From NCBI GenBank assembly GCA_049967595.1, contig JBMFSK010000001.1, positions 543-64,542 on the forward strand: a stretch of 64,000 nt of DNA, read 5' to 3'. Numbering within the stretch: the stretch's first letter is position 1; each line of letters begins with the position of its first letter. The translations under genes were made by a program, and so were the position numbers. Shown here one piece after another: positions 39,396 to 48,627 of the stretch. The DNA comes from Thermoplasmata archaeon (GTDB lineage: Archaea > Thermoplasmatota > Thermoplasmata > Thermoplasmatales > ARK-15). Under the pieces are notes generated by a model. The model was not told the DNA's origin. It saw only the letters and a program-made list of their open reading frames with translations, and did not search any database.

Positions 39396-41063
39396 GTGCT
39401 CAAGTTGGTGGAAAAAGAGGAGCATAGATCAAATGTTTTCAACAACTATACATATAGAATATATTCTAAGATTATAAAATCTTCAAAATCAAGAAAAATT
39501 AAAGTCGTACAAGGTGAGACTTTATTTTCAAGTCTTACACCAATACCCAAGGTAGAGAATCCCGATTTTAAGATTGAGAAGATTTATAAAATTAACTATC
39601 CATATACGTTTGCGAGAATTTTATTCAATACAAAAAATTTCGAATATTATTATGAAGCCATTGAACCTCCTTTAAACTCAAAATTATCTGAAATACTTAA
39701 TGAGGTATATTCTTCGTTAAATCAAACATTAAAATTTGAATGGTATTTAAGAACACAAGTAGAAAAAGAGCAATATCTAACTGAATCAGTAAAAAAATTC
39801 CTGGAATCGAGAATGATAAATGTTTCGGAAATGGATATGGAAAGAATTTTTTACTACGTAAAAAGGGACTTTATAAAATACCAGAAAATTGATCCTCTTA
39901 TAAATGATGAAAATGTCGAGGACATATCTTGCGATGGTGTAAACATACCAATTTACATTTACCATAGATTGTACGGTTCTATTAAAACAAATATAGTGTT
40001 TAAAGATGATAACGAACTGAATAGTTTCATAGTGTACATAGGTCAGAAATGTATGAAACAAATTTCTGTATCTGATCCTATACTTGATGGAACTACACCT
40101 GAAGGTCACAGGGTTCAGGCAACATATAGCAGAGAAGTAACTACAAGGGGTGGAACTTTTACAATTAGAAGGTTCAAGGAAAGGCCTTTTACGCCCACCG
40201 ATTTAATAAAATTTGGGACTGCAAGTCCGGAAATGGTTGCATATTTATGGCTGGGTGTAGAGCTTGGGGAATCGATGATTGTTATAGGCGGACCAGCAAG
40301 CGGAAAAACATCTACATTGAATAGTATTGCCATATTTATTCCACCCGCATCAAAAATAGTAAGCATTGAAGATACAAGAGAAATAAACTTACCGCATCAG
40401 AATTGGATACCTGGAACGACAAGGAGCGGTATAGGGGAAAAAAGTATTGCAGGCAAGGCCTCTGGAGAAATAGACATGTACGATCTTGTCAGAGCGGCAT
40501 TGAGGCAGAGGCCTAGGTACATAATTGTGGGAGAGGTAAGAGGAAAAGAAACATATACAATGTTTCAAGCAATGGCCACAGGCCATACAACGTACTCAAC
40601 CATGCATGCTGAATCCGTTAAAGCAATGGTAAACAGACTTGAGAATCCCCCGATTGGTACACCTCGTATCCTTATGACTGCTCTTAACAATGTTGTTATT
40701 CAGACTCAGGTCAAAGTAAAAGATGAGTTAGTAAGGAGAATTAAAGAGATTGTGGAAATAGTAGGTTTCGAGCCAGAAACAAATGAATTGATTACAAATG
40801 TTGTGTTTGAATGGGATCCTAAGAAAGATAGATTTATATTCAAAGGTCACAGCTACTTGTTCGATAAGATAATAAACATAAAGAATTGGACACATGATGA
40901 AATGGATCAGGAATTTGAGAGAAGAATCAATGTGATTAGGTACCTGGACAATAAGAATATAACGGATTTTAGAGATATATGGAAAATAATAACTAACTAT
41001 TATAGGGATCCAAAAGAAACTATGGAAATGATAATGAAAGATTTGAATGAAATGAATGAATAA
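39396..41063 (+). CDS. FlaI/ArlI/GspE-family secretion (type IV filament assembly) ATPase
   Basis: Walker A 'GGPASGKTSTLNS', Walker B 'PRYIIVGEVRGKE', His box 'ATGHTTYSTMHA'. The start is uncertain: GTG at 39396, or TTG at 39405 preceded by GAGGTG. Confidence 0.8.
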   Translation: MLKLVEKEEHRSNVFNNYTYRIYSKIIKSSKSRKIKVVQGETLFSSLTPIPKVENPDFKIEKIYKINYPYTFARILFNTKNFEYYYEAIEPPLNSKLSEILNEVYSSLNQTLKFEWYLRTQVEKEQYLTESVKKFLESRMINVSEMDMERIFYYVKRDFIKYQKIDPLINDENVEDISCDGVNIPIYIYHRLYGSIKTNIVFKDDNELNSFIVYIGQKCMKQISVSDPILDGTTPEGHRVQATYSREVTTRGGTFTIRRFKERPFTPTDLIKFGTASPEMVAYLWLGVELGESMIVIGGPASGKTSTLNSIAIFIPPASKIVSIEDTREINLPHQNWIPGTTRSGIGEKSIAGKASGEIDMYDLVRAALRQRPRYIIVGEVRGKETYTMFQAMATGHTTYSTMHAESVKAMVNRLENPPIGTPRILMTALNNVVIQTQVKVKDELVRRIKEIVEIVGFEPETNELITNVVFEWDPKKDRFIFKGHSYLFDKIINIKNWTHDEMDQEFERRINVIRYLDNKNITDFRDIWKIITNYYRDPKETMEMIMKDLNEMNE

Positions 41064-41101
41064 AAATTAATACTATTTTACATTAAGGTTTAATGGTTTA
41101 A

Positions 41102-42061
41102 ATGAAAGTAGCTGTTGGAGGTACATTTCATATTCTGCATAAAGGCCATAAGAGTCTACTCGACAAGGCTTTCGAACTTGGCGATGATGTTTTGATAGGT
41201 CTTACAAGCGATAAGTTCGCTAAAATTGCAAGAAAATATGACGTAAATCCCTACAGTGTTAGATATGGAAATCTTGTAAATTATGTTAAAAAATTTAAAA
41301 AAAATTTCGAAATTAGGATGATTGAAGATCACTATGGACCTACAGTAAATGAAGATTTTGATGCAATAGTTGTGTCTTATGAAACAAGATTGTATGCAAG
41401 AGAAATAAACAGAATTAGGAGAAGTCATGGACTTAAAGAAATGAAAATATACAATGTAGGAAGGGTTTTGGCTGAAGATCTTATACCTGTTGCTTCGACG
41501 AGGATAGTATCTGGAGACATTGACAAATTTGGAAGAAGGTTAAAAAAAATAGTTATAAATGTTGGTTCCGAAAACGAAACTAAAATAAATGCTGTTAAAA
41601 ATGCCTTTTCCCCATTTTTTAAGGATTTTGAAGTCAATGGTAAAAAGATAGAGGGTCTTAAAGGTCAACCTTATGATAATGAAATAATATACTGTGCGTA
41701 TAAAAGGGCAAAAGAAGCCCTAGGTGATGGGGACTACGGAATAGGTATTGAAGCAGGTCTTCTATGGGACAGCTATGTTAAAAAATATTTTGATGTACAT
41801 TATGTTGTTTTATTGGACAAACTTGGGAATGCAGACTTTTCAAGAAGCTTGGGTTTTGTGTATCCGGATACATTCATGGAATTCTTTGATGATGGTGAAA
41901 TAGGAAAAAGGTTTGATGAATATTATGGAACAAAAGACATAGGAAAGAAGAATGGGGCAATAGGTTTTTTAACCCAAAATAAGTTTACAAGGGAAAAATT
42001 GATTGAAGAGGCAGTGAGATTAGCTATTTACCAAAAAGGAAGTAAATACTATTATTTATAA
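41102..42061 (+). CDS. fusion: archaeal phosphopantetheine adenylyltransferase (cytidylyltransferase fold) + DUF84/YjjX-type inosine/xanthosine triphosphatase
   Basis: N-terminal 'VAVGGTFHILHKGHKSLL', 'IGLTSD', 'VVSYETR', 'STRIVSGDID'. C-terminal 'INVGSENETKINAVKNAF', 'GIGIEAGL', 'GAIGFLT'. Confidence 0.75.
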   Translation: MKVAVGGTFHILHKGHKSLLDKAFELGDDVLIGLTSDKFAKIARKYDVNPYSVRYGNLVNYVKKFKKNFEIRMIEDHYGPTVNEDFDAIVVSYETRLYAREINRIRRSHGLKEMKIYNVGRVLAEDLIPVASTRIVSGDIDKFGRRLKKIVINVGSENETKINAVKNAFSPFFKDFEVNGKKIEGLKGQPYDNEIIYCAYKRAKEALGDGDYGIGIEAGLLWDSYVKKYFDVHYVVLLDKLGNADFSRSLGFVYPDTFMEFFDDGEIGKRFDEYYGTKDIGKKNGAIGFLTQNKFTREKLIEEAVRLAIYQKGSKYYYL

Positions 42062-42940
42062 AAATAGGTTTATTGCATTAAGTATATCATTGAATGTAAT
42101 GTACCCGTTTATTGATGCTCCCGCTGCTAGTATATGACCTCCACCACCAAAGGCTCTGGCTATTTTTAATATGTCCGTTTTCTTCGACCTGAATTCCAGC
42201 TTTGTATATGAATAATCCCTGCCAGAACGCAAGAATTTTACAATTAGAACGTCCCATTTTGAAGGATCTATCATCTCTTGAATCTTGTAAACAGGTATAT
42301 TTTCTTCCGTTTCCAGTATTGCAATTTTCTTTCCGTTAATTTTTAAAAATACTATCTCATTTTCCAACTTTTTCTTTACGACCTCCACATACTTTCTAAA
42401 GCTATCTATCATTTCAGAGTTTTCAGAAATGATACTTTCTACATTTCTATTTACGAGGTCAAAAACCAAATTTTCTAAGACCTTTTCATAATAGCGATTT
42501 TTGTAAAGCCTTATAGCTGAAATCATGTCTCTGAATTTTTTTTCAATTTCATTTTTTATGTCATTTTGATCTATATGGTTTGCCATTTCAACCATATAAT
42601 CATCAAGAGCATATACATCTGAAATAACCTGCGCAGCGCTTGGCTCCTGCATGATATGGATTTCAACGTTTTCATAGCTGGTGATAGGAGCCCATTGATG
42701 ATGGTCGAACCAGTAAGTCTTTTCATACACGGATGAAAGATGCACAGCGTGATCATTTCCAGCTATGTCAAGTATAAATAATTTGTCAAAATTCTTTTCA
42801 CCTATGATTGACCTTGCTATTGAATCTCTTATGATTGAAGGATTTGAAAAAAGTATTTTTTTTGCTTGGTCAACATATTTTTGTATGAGGTATGCAGATA
42901 TTACGCCGTCTGAATCCGTATGTGTTATTATATTGGTCAT
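42056..42940 (-). CDS. DHH/DHHA1-family phosphoesterase (NrnA-like)
   Basis: 'THTDSDGVISA', 'FDHHQW' (DHH), 'FGGGGHILAAG' (DHHA1 GGGH). Confidence 0.7.
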   Translation of the reverse strand: MTNIITHTDSDGVISAYLIQKYVDQAKKILFSNPSIIRDSIARSIIGEKNFDKLFILDIAGNDHAVHLSSVYEKTYWFDHHQWAPITSYENVEIHIMQEPSAAQVISDVYALDDYMVEMANHIDQNDIKNEIEKKFRDMISAIRLYKNRYYEKVLENLVFDLVNRNVESIISENSEMIDSFRKYVEVVKKKLENEIVFLKINGKKIAILETEENIPVYKIQEMIDPSKWDVLIVKFLRSGRDYSYTKLEFRSKKTDILKIARAFGGGGHILAAGASINGYITFNDILNAINLFL

Positions 42941-43265
42941 TATGGCACCTTACATTATACTTGATTATGTTAATCTTGGCCTGAGGAATAGAAATTTTAT
43001 ATTACTATAATTTTTTACGATTTCTAGTAATCCTGATAGGACCGACTTTTAAATTATGTATGCATGGCAAGCTTTTATAATTTAATTCTCAGATATGGGC
43101 ACCTATTGCAAAAACATTTATAAAAATTTCTATACATTAAAAAGTTATTACCTAAAAATAAAAAATAAGAATATTTGAAAATAAAAATAATTAGTCGATA
43201 CAGCAAAAACGATAAAAAACATTAAATAATAGATTTTTATCAGATTTAAATTAGGTGATGTAATA

Positions 43266-43439
43266 ATGGAGGAGACTCTTTGCACAATTGAATTCTTGAT
43301 TGACAAAAAAAGTTTTGTTGCAAAATTGAACAGTGATATAGGGGGATTAAGGGAATATAAGGCAACAACATTTGATGATCTTCTTTCGCAGGTGATGATA
43401 GAGCTTCAAGATGAATTTGAAGGTATTTCTGAGATGTAA
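43266..43439 (+). CDS. small ORF (57 aa) below the ORF-track cutoff, hypothetical
   Basis: ATG preceded by TAGGTGATG (SD GGTGAT, 6-nt spacer). Translation: MEETLCTIEFLIDKKSFVAKLNSDIGGLREYKATTFDDLLSQVMIELQDEFEGISEM. Its stop lies 1 nt before the next ATG. Confidence 0.45.
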   Translation: MEETLCTIEFLIDKKSFVAKLNSDIGGLREYKATTFDDLLSQVMIELQDEFEGISEM

Positions 43440-43440
43440 A

Positions 43441-43863
43441 ATGCCAAACAAAAAATATGATCCATTTGTTGATGCTCTTTCCTTGATAATTTTATTTTTC
43501 ATAGGTTATTATTTTAACCTTTTTGGATCTTCTTCCTGGAAATTTTTCTTTTTGGTGTCGATTTTTTTAGTTCTTATAGGAGCTATTCTTTCTCTATTTT
43601 TCGGTCAGAATTTAAAGATCTCTATAAGCCATTTTTTAAATTTATTTTTGCTTTCTATTTACGTGATTGCGATAATCATAGGCCTGAATTTCTTATTTCA
43701 ATTTATTCTTATGGAAAATTTTACCTATTTAATTGAGCATATTATCCTAGTAATATTCTTCTTTATTATTTTCGTTCTTTCTCTGAGAGATATTTTTTTA
43801 AACTTATATTTAGGAAATGGCCCCAGAAAGGGCTTCAAGCTTTCCGATAATGGTAAAAATTGA
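43441..43863 (+). CDS. small integral membrane protein (about 4 TM), hypothetical
   Basis: Four hydrophobic stretches. The start is taken at 'MPNKKYDP', immediately after the small ORF; the ORF-track start at 43411 overlaps that ORF. Confidence 0.5.
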   Translation: MPNKKYDPFVDALSLIILFFIGYYFNLFGSSSWKFFFLVSIFLVLIGAILSLFFGQNLKISISHFLNLFLLSIYVIAIIIGLNFLFQFILMENFTYLIEHIILVIFFFIIFVLSLRDIFLNLYLGNGPRKGFKLSDNGKN

Positions 43864-44088
43864 GCTTCTGGCGTGAATTGGAAGGCTAGGATCATTTACA
43901 AGCTCTTCCAGAATGAAAATAGCGCCTGAAATTCTAAGATCCATACCCTCTTTTTTATTGTTTAATCTTTCTTTTGCATCATTTGCACTCTTTCTAAGGT
44001 TTCTTGGTATGGATTGATCGCTTACAAGATCATCAAGCAAAATCAAAATGTTATTCAAATCCTCATCTGTTTTTGACATCTTTTTCAC
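43810..44088 (-). CDS. UPF0147-family small helical protein
   Basis: 'LLDDLVSDQSIPRNLRKSANDAKERL' and 'ILEELVNDPSLPIHARSSIFTIIGKLE' form the two-repeat pattern I recall for UPF0147. Confidence 0.65.
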   Translation of the reverse strand: MKKMSKTDEDLNNILILLDDLVSDQSIPRNLRKSANDAKERLNNKKEGMDLRISGAIFILEELVNDPSLPIHARSSIFTIIGKLEALSGAIS

Positions 44089-44090
44089 CT

Positions 44091-44408
44091 CTATTTCTCA
44101 CTCAGCATTATCCCTCTTTCCTTATATGGAGCCACAACAACCATAGTTGATGTATCTTGAATGCCTTGAAGCTTTCCTATTTTTTCTAAAATAAAATCTT
44201 TAAGATCTTTGTAATTTAAAAATTTTACTTTAATTATTAAGTCAAGGTCACCTGTAACGAGAAAAAGATCTTCGACATTCGGGCTGTCCCTTAGTAATTT
44301 TGCAATATCTTCAATATGTGTTGTATCTACTTTTAAACCAATTATTGCAGTAATAAAGCCACCAAATACCTGATTCATTACTTTATCTTCATCTTCGCTA
44401 CCCATCAT
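44091..44408 (-). CDS. stand-alone Lrp/AsnC ligand-binding (RAM) domain protein
   Basis: 'ITAIIGLKV...IAKLLRDSPNVEDLFLVTGDLDLIIKVKF...FILEKIGKLQGIQDTSTMVV'. No HTH is present. Confidence 0.65.
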   Translation of the reverse strand: MMGSEDEDKVMNQVFGGFITAIIGLKVDTTHIEDIAKLLRDSPNVEDLFLVTGDLDLIIKVKFLNYKDLKDFILEKIGKLQGIQDTSTMVVVAPYKERGIMLSEK

Positions 44409-44425
44409 TCCTATTCACCGGAAAT

Positions 44426-45613
44426 ATGTTATTGATGGAAAGTATTTTAAACTTTTCCAAAAAAAAGGAAAAATACTTTAATTACAAAAGCATTAATAAA
44501 ATAATGCAAAAACGTATCAAGCTGGTACCCTACCTTGTAATTTCTATAGGTTTGTATGAGATAATCACCGGAATAGTTTTGATTGATATTCATGAGAAAT
44601 TCTATTCTAATGTCTTTAAAGAGAGTATTTTAATGGGTACAACTGGAGCATTTTTGCCTTTACTGTATGGTATTTTTTTAATCATAATTTACAGTAGTCT
44701 TAAAAGAAGAACATGGACTAGCTGGTATATGGCTATAACTTTCATCTTTTTTTATTATATAACAATTATATTCAGAACATCCCAGATATTTTACATTGAT
44801 ATAGGTGGTCTTACTTTGAATAGCCTAGCACTTTATTTTTTAATAAAGTATAAAGATTCTTATGTATATCCTCCTCTTGGAAATATTCCAAATGAGGCTT
44901 TAGTCTCAATTGCATTAATTTTCTTCTCACTGCTGTACGGAATTTTCGGATCGTTATTGATAGGTACAGAATTTTCTCCTCCCATAAAAGATTTAGGAAC
45001 AGCTCTTTACTATACCATTGAAGTCATGACCACCCTCGGCTTTGGGGATATATTGCCTGTTACATTTTTAAGTAGAATGTTCACATCGTCTTTGGTTATT
45101 CTAGGCATTGCATCATTTTTTGGTGCAATAGCTAGCTTTTTAGGTCCTATTCTTCAAAAAAGGATGGAAAAGGTGGTGAATGTTATGGAAAATGTTGAAT
45201 TTGCCGGATTAAAAAAACACATAATTTTTTGCGGTTACTCGCCTTTAATACAAGCTATAATATACGAATTGAAGAAAAGGGAAGAACCTTTGATTCTTAT
45301 TGTTAGAGATCAGGAGAATTATACTTTTCTAAGGAGCGATGGCTTTTTGGTTTTCAGAGAAAGGGCCGACAACCCTGAAGCATTAATTAAGGCAGGGATA
45401 AAAAAAGCTAAACAGATTTATCTTTCTTCGAGTGATGATGGTTACAATATCCTGGTTGCATTGACTGTCAATAAAATAAAGAAAGACTACAATCCAAATT
45501 TGAAGGTGAGCATAGTTGTCACCTCCTCAAAGAATATTGAAATGGTAAGGGATTTTGTGGATGAGGTAATAGACTTATCAGAAATTCTGAAAAAGCATTT
45601 GATAAAGGATTAA
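44426..45613 (+). CDS. potassium channel with C-terminal RCK/TrkA-N domain
   Basis: Selectivity filter 'TTLGFGDI', followed by a Rossmann-like 'HIIFCGYSPLIQAI'. The true start may be the inner Met at 44504, because only 17 nt separate the ORF from the divergent gene. Confidence 0.8.
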   Translation: MLLMESILNFSKKKEKYFNYKSINKIMQKRIKLVPYLVISIGLYEIITGIVLIDIHEKFYSNVFKESILMGTTGAFLPLLYGIFLIIIYSSLKRRTWTSWYMAITFIFFYYITIIFRTSQIFYIDIGGLTLNSLALYFLIKYKDSYVYPPLGNIPNEALVSIALIFFSLLYGIFGSLLIGTEFSPPIKDLGTALYYTIEVMTTLGFGDILPVTFLSRMFTSSLVILGIASFFGAIASFLGPILQKRMEKVVNVMENVEFAGLKKHIIFCGYSPLIQAIIYELKKREEPLILIVRDQENYTFLRSDGFLVFRERADNPEALIKAGIKKAKQIYLSSSDDGYNILVALTVNKIKKDYNPNLKVSIVVTSSKNIEMVRDFVDEVIDLSEILKKHLIKD

Positions 45614-46107
45614 AACTCTATGCCCTCTCTTGCAATGATACCTTTCTCAAAATAGTGTTTTACAAGATTCATCTCGGTAACAAGATCTGAAATGTCGAGA
45701 AGTTCTTTTTTAGCGTATCTTCCAGTAATGACTATCTCTTTCTTTTCCTTGTAATTTTTGAGAAACTCAACTATTTCTTTAATATTCAGAAGTTCATAGA
45801 ATAGTGCAATATTTAATTCATCTAGTATAATAATTTCATAGTCATCTGATATCATTTCTTTTGCCTTTGCCCATGCAATTTTTGCCTGTTCAAAATCCCC
45901 TTCCCTTGGTTTTTTAATTATGAAACCAGGATATCCAAAATGGTATATATCTATACCTAATTTTTTAGCGGAAATAAATTCACCTGATTCTTCTGGTTTA
46001 GCAAATTGAACTATTCCAACTTTCTTGTTTCTTCCTTTTGCTCTCATTGCCAACCCGAATGCTGCTGTCGTTTTTCCCTTTCCTATTCCAGTGTAAATTT
46101 GAAGCAT
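45610..46107 (-). CDS. cobO: cob(I)yrinic acid a,c-diamide / cob(I)alamin adenosyltransferase (CobA/CobO/BtuR type)
   Basis: 'IYTGIGKGKTTAAFGLAMRA' P-loop, 'IILDELN', 'ITGR'. Confidence 0.85.
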   Translation of the reverse strand: MLQIYTGIGKGKTTAAFGLAMRAKGRNKKVGIVQFAKPEESGEFISAKKLGIDIYHFGYPGFIIKKPREGDFEQAKIAWAKAKEMISDDYEIIILDELNIALFYELLNIKEIVEFLKNYKEKKEIVITGRYAKKELLDISDLVTEMNLVKHYFEKGIIAREGIEF

Positions 46108-46116
46108 GATTTCTTA

Positions 46117-47121
46117 ATGGAATACTTATTTATAACATTTCTTTATTATCCATCACTGATGATCTATGATCTCATAGTTAGCATATTTCTTGTCTTTTTT
46201 GCTTCCTTGCTATTTGTAAATGCTATTGAGTTCATAGGTTTTAAATTAAATTTTTCAAAGAGTTTTGTGGGTACAATCGTATCTCCACTTTTTACATCAT
46301 TCCCTGAATTAATAATATTCTTTATTGCCATATTTCAGATTGGTTCTTTTTCAGGTTCTCAGGAAGCGATAGGGACTATTTTTGGTGAAACTTTCATGTC
46401 ATCATCATTATCATATACGCTGGTATTTCTATCTATTTTAGCAGGAGGTATTATATTAAAAAAATTTAGAAAAAATATTAATGTGGACAGAAACCTTTTC
46501 ATACCTTATCTTTTCATATCTTTGCTTTTTCCTTTTACATTACTACCATATTTTTTGCCTTTTACATCAATTTTTGTTGGTTTAATTTTTATCGCATCGT
46601 ATGTTGTATACTTTTACATCATATTTAAAAGGGAGGAGGCTGAAATGTTTGAATATACTGAAAAACCATTTTTTTCAATATATCTCGGAAAAAAATTAGG
46701 ACCAGTATTACAGATTCTGCTTTCAATAATTTTAATATACATTGGATCAAGGATGTTACTTTCATCATTGCTAGATTTCTCATCTAATTTCCATTTAAGC
46801 CTTCTCGCCATTTCTATTATATTGATTCCAACAGCCACTGCCATACCAGAAACTATAACGGCAATGATATGGGGATTTAAAGGCAAAGATACGCTTTCCA
46901 TATCTTCTCTTGTTGGTGAAAAGATCCTTTATTCAACAATTTATCCTGGTATGGCACTTTTATTAATTCCATGGAATCTTGACATTTATGTATTTTTGAG
47001 CGTTTTTGCCACTACACTTGTGTCAATATTATATTCAATTTTTATATTCAGAAGAAAGTTTAGTGTTTATTATTTAACTATTGGCTTTATATTCTTTATT
47101 ATTTATATAATATTAATCTGA
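46117..47121 (+). CDS. CaCA-family (Na+/Ca2+ exchanger-like) membrane protein
   Basis: Two alpha-repeat-like segments, 'SPLFTSFPELIIF' and 'IPTATAIPETITAM', in a polytopic protein of about 10 TM. The start is moved to 46117 because 46006-46116 is antisense to cobO. Confidence 0.6.
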   Translation: MEYLFITFLYYPSLMIYDLIVSIFLVFFASLLFVNAIEFIGFKLNFSKSFVGTIVSPLFTSFPELIIFFIAIFQIGSFSGSQEAIGTIFGETFMSSSLSYTLVFLSILAGGIILKKFRKNINVDRNLFIPYLFISLLFPFTLLPYFLPFTSIFVGLIFIASYVVYFYIIFKREEAEMFEYTEKPFFSIYLGKKLGPVLQILLSIILIYIGSRMLLSSLLDFSSNFHLSLLAISIILIPTATAIPETITAMIWGFKGKDTLSISSLVGEKILYSTIYPGMALLLIPWNLDIYVFLSVFATTLVSILYSIFIFRRKFSVYYLTIGFIFFIIYIILI

Positions 47122-47154
47122 AAAAACGTTAAATATTAACTATTTATATTTATA

Positions 47155-48627
47155 GTGATTAAAATGGATGACATGAACAAAATTGGAATTGTTTACGGTG
47201 ATGTAAGTACAACAGAGGTACAGGTAACAGTAACGGGCATAATAGATCAAGGGGATTATGTTCAAATTTTTCATCAGAATTCTGGATGGGTACTAGGTAG
47301 ACTGGAAAGATTGGAAAGAAAAACTGATGTTTCTGTGGAAAAAGCACTGCTGATCAATGCAGGGGAAACCGTTCCCATTCAGGAGGTTCTTTTAGGTTTT
47401 GTGAGCATAATAGGCTACAGGGATAACAAAGGTATTCTTCAGGTACCAAAAACTCCTTTCAAAGCCGGTGAACCTGTTTATAAGGCAAAAGATTCTTTGA
47501 TAAAAGAAACTATTGGACTTGAAACTATTGAGGGGAAAGGTGCTTATATAGGGCTCTTGTACAACCATATGATACCTATTTTCTTAGATATAAATGCACT
47601 CGTTCAAAAGCATGTCAGTATACTTGCAAAAACTGGTGGGGGAAAAAGTTATCTTACGGGTGTCATAATTGAAGAGCTTATTAAGCACAATGTAACAACT
47701 GTGGTAATCGATCCCCATGGTGAATACATTTCATTAAAATTTCCAGCACAGCCTTCAAAATCTATGGAAAAATTTTCTGTAAGACCACGCGGTTATCCTG
47801 ACAAGATTATAGAATTCACACCAGATACAAAAACAAATAAAGGCTCTAAGCCTTTGAAATTTACACTGTCACAGATTACACCAAGGGAACTTCTAAGCCT
47901 AATAAATTTTACTGATTTTAGGCCTTACCTTGTTCCTCTGAGAAACGCAATTGATCACCTTAAATCAATAAAAGGAAATTTTTACCTAAAAGATTTAATT
48001 AATCTACTTGAAAAAGATGAAAATTCTGCTACTGTAAGTGCACTGGTAAATGCCCTTTCAGTTCTTGATGATGAAGGAATTTTTGCCGATGTCGGGACAA
48101 AGATAGATGAGATAGTTCAGAATGGAAAAGTTTCAATTATCAATTTAAAAGGTGTTTCACCTGATATACAGGAAATGGTCGTTCAAAGGCTCGCCTATGC
48201 ACTTTTTGAATTAAGAAAGCGGGATTCATTACCACCTCTGATGTTTGTTGTTGAAGAGGCACATAATTTCATACCTCAGCAGGGAAAGGCACTTTCATCA
48301 AAAATTTTAAGGACTATTGCCTCAGAAGGAAGAAAATTTGGCCTTGGTCTTTGTATAATAAGTCAAAGACCTGCAAAGGTGGACAAAAACATACTCAGCC
48401 AATGTAACACTCAGATAATTCTCAAAGTAACAAATCCAAATGATTTAAAGACTATAGGTGACTCCGTTGAGGGACTAACAAAATCTTCACTGGACGAAAT
48501 ACAAAGGCTTCCCGTAGGTGTGGCGCTAGTAACTGGTGCCAGTCTTTCCATGCCTTTATTTGTTGAGGTAAGACCAAGGGAAACAAAGCACGGTGGTGAG
48601 AGTGTAAATGTCGCAGGATCTAAGTAA
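47155..48627 (+). CDS. HerA-like (DUF87) FtsK/HerA-superfamily ATPase
   Basis: N-terminal HAS-barrel-like 'IGIVYGDVSTTEVQVTV...GDYVQI', Walker A 'LAKTGGGKSY', Walker B 'MFVVEEAHNF', 'CIISQRPAKVDKNILSQCNTQIILKV'. ATGs at 47164 and 47173 are alternative starts. Confidence 0.75.
   Translation: MIKMDDMNKIGIVYGDVSTTEVQVTVTGIIDQGDYVQIFHQNSGWVLGRLERLERKTDVSVEKALLINAGETVPIQEVLLGFVSIIGYRDNKGILQVPKTPFKAGEPVYKAKDSLIKETIGLETIEGKGAYIGLLYNHMIPIFLDINALVQKHVSILAKTGGGKSYLTGVIIEELIKHNVTTVVIDPHGEYISLKFPAQPSKSMEKFSVRPRGYPDKIIEFTPDTKTNKGSKPLKFTLSQITPRELLSLINFTDFRPYLVPLRNAIDHLKSIKGNFYLKDLINLLEKDENSATVSALVNALSVLDDEGIFADVGTKIDEIVQNGKVSIINLKGVSPDIQEMVVQRLAYALFELRKRDSLPPLMFVVEEAHNFIPQQGKALSSKILRTIASEGRKFGLGLCIISQRPAKVDKNILSQCNTQIILKVTNPNDLKTIGDSVEGLTKSSLDEIQRLPVGVALVTGASLSMPLFVEVRPRETKHGGESVNVAGSK

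Noticed and set aside
42941-43265. Replication origin (oriC)
   Set aside because: There are no ORB or mini-ORB repeats with a G-string, no adjacent orc1/cdc6 gene and no dyad-symmetric repeat pair. AT-richness alone is not diagnostic in this genome.
46006-46116. Cys-rich N-terminal extension 'CSHCQPECCCRF' of the CaCA ORF, which looks like a metal-binding motif
   Set aside because: This stretch is antisense to the P-loop region of cobO, on the opposite strand. The membrane protein has a sensible start at 46117, just past the cobO start codon.
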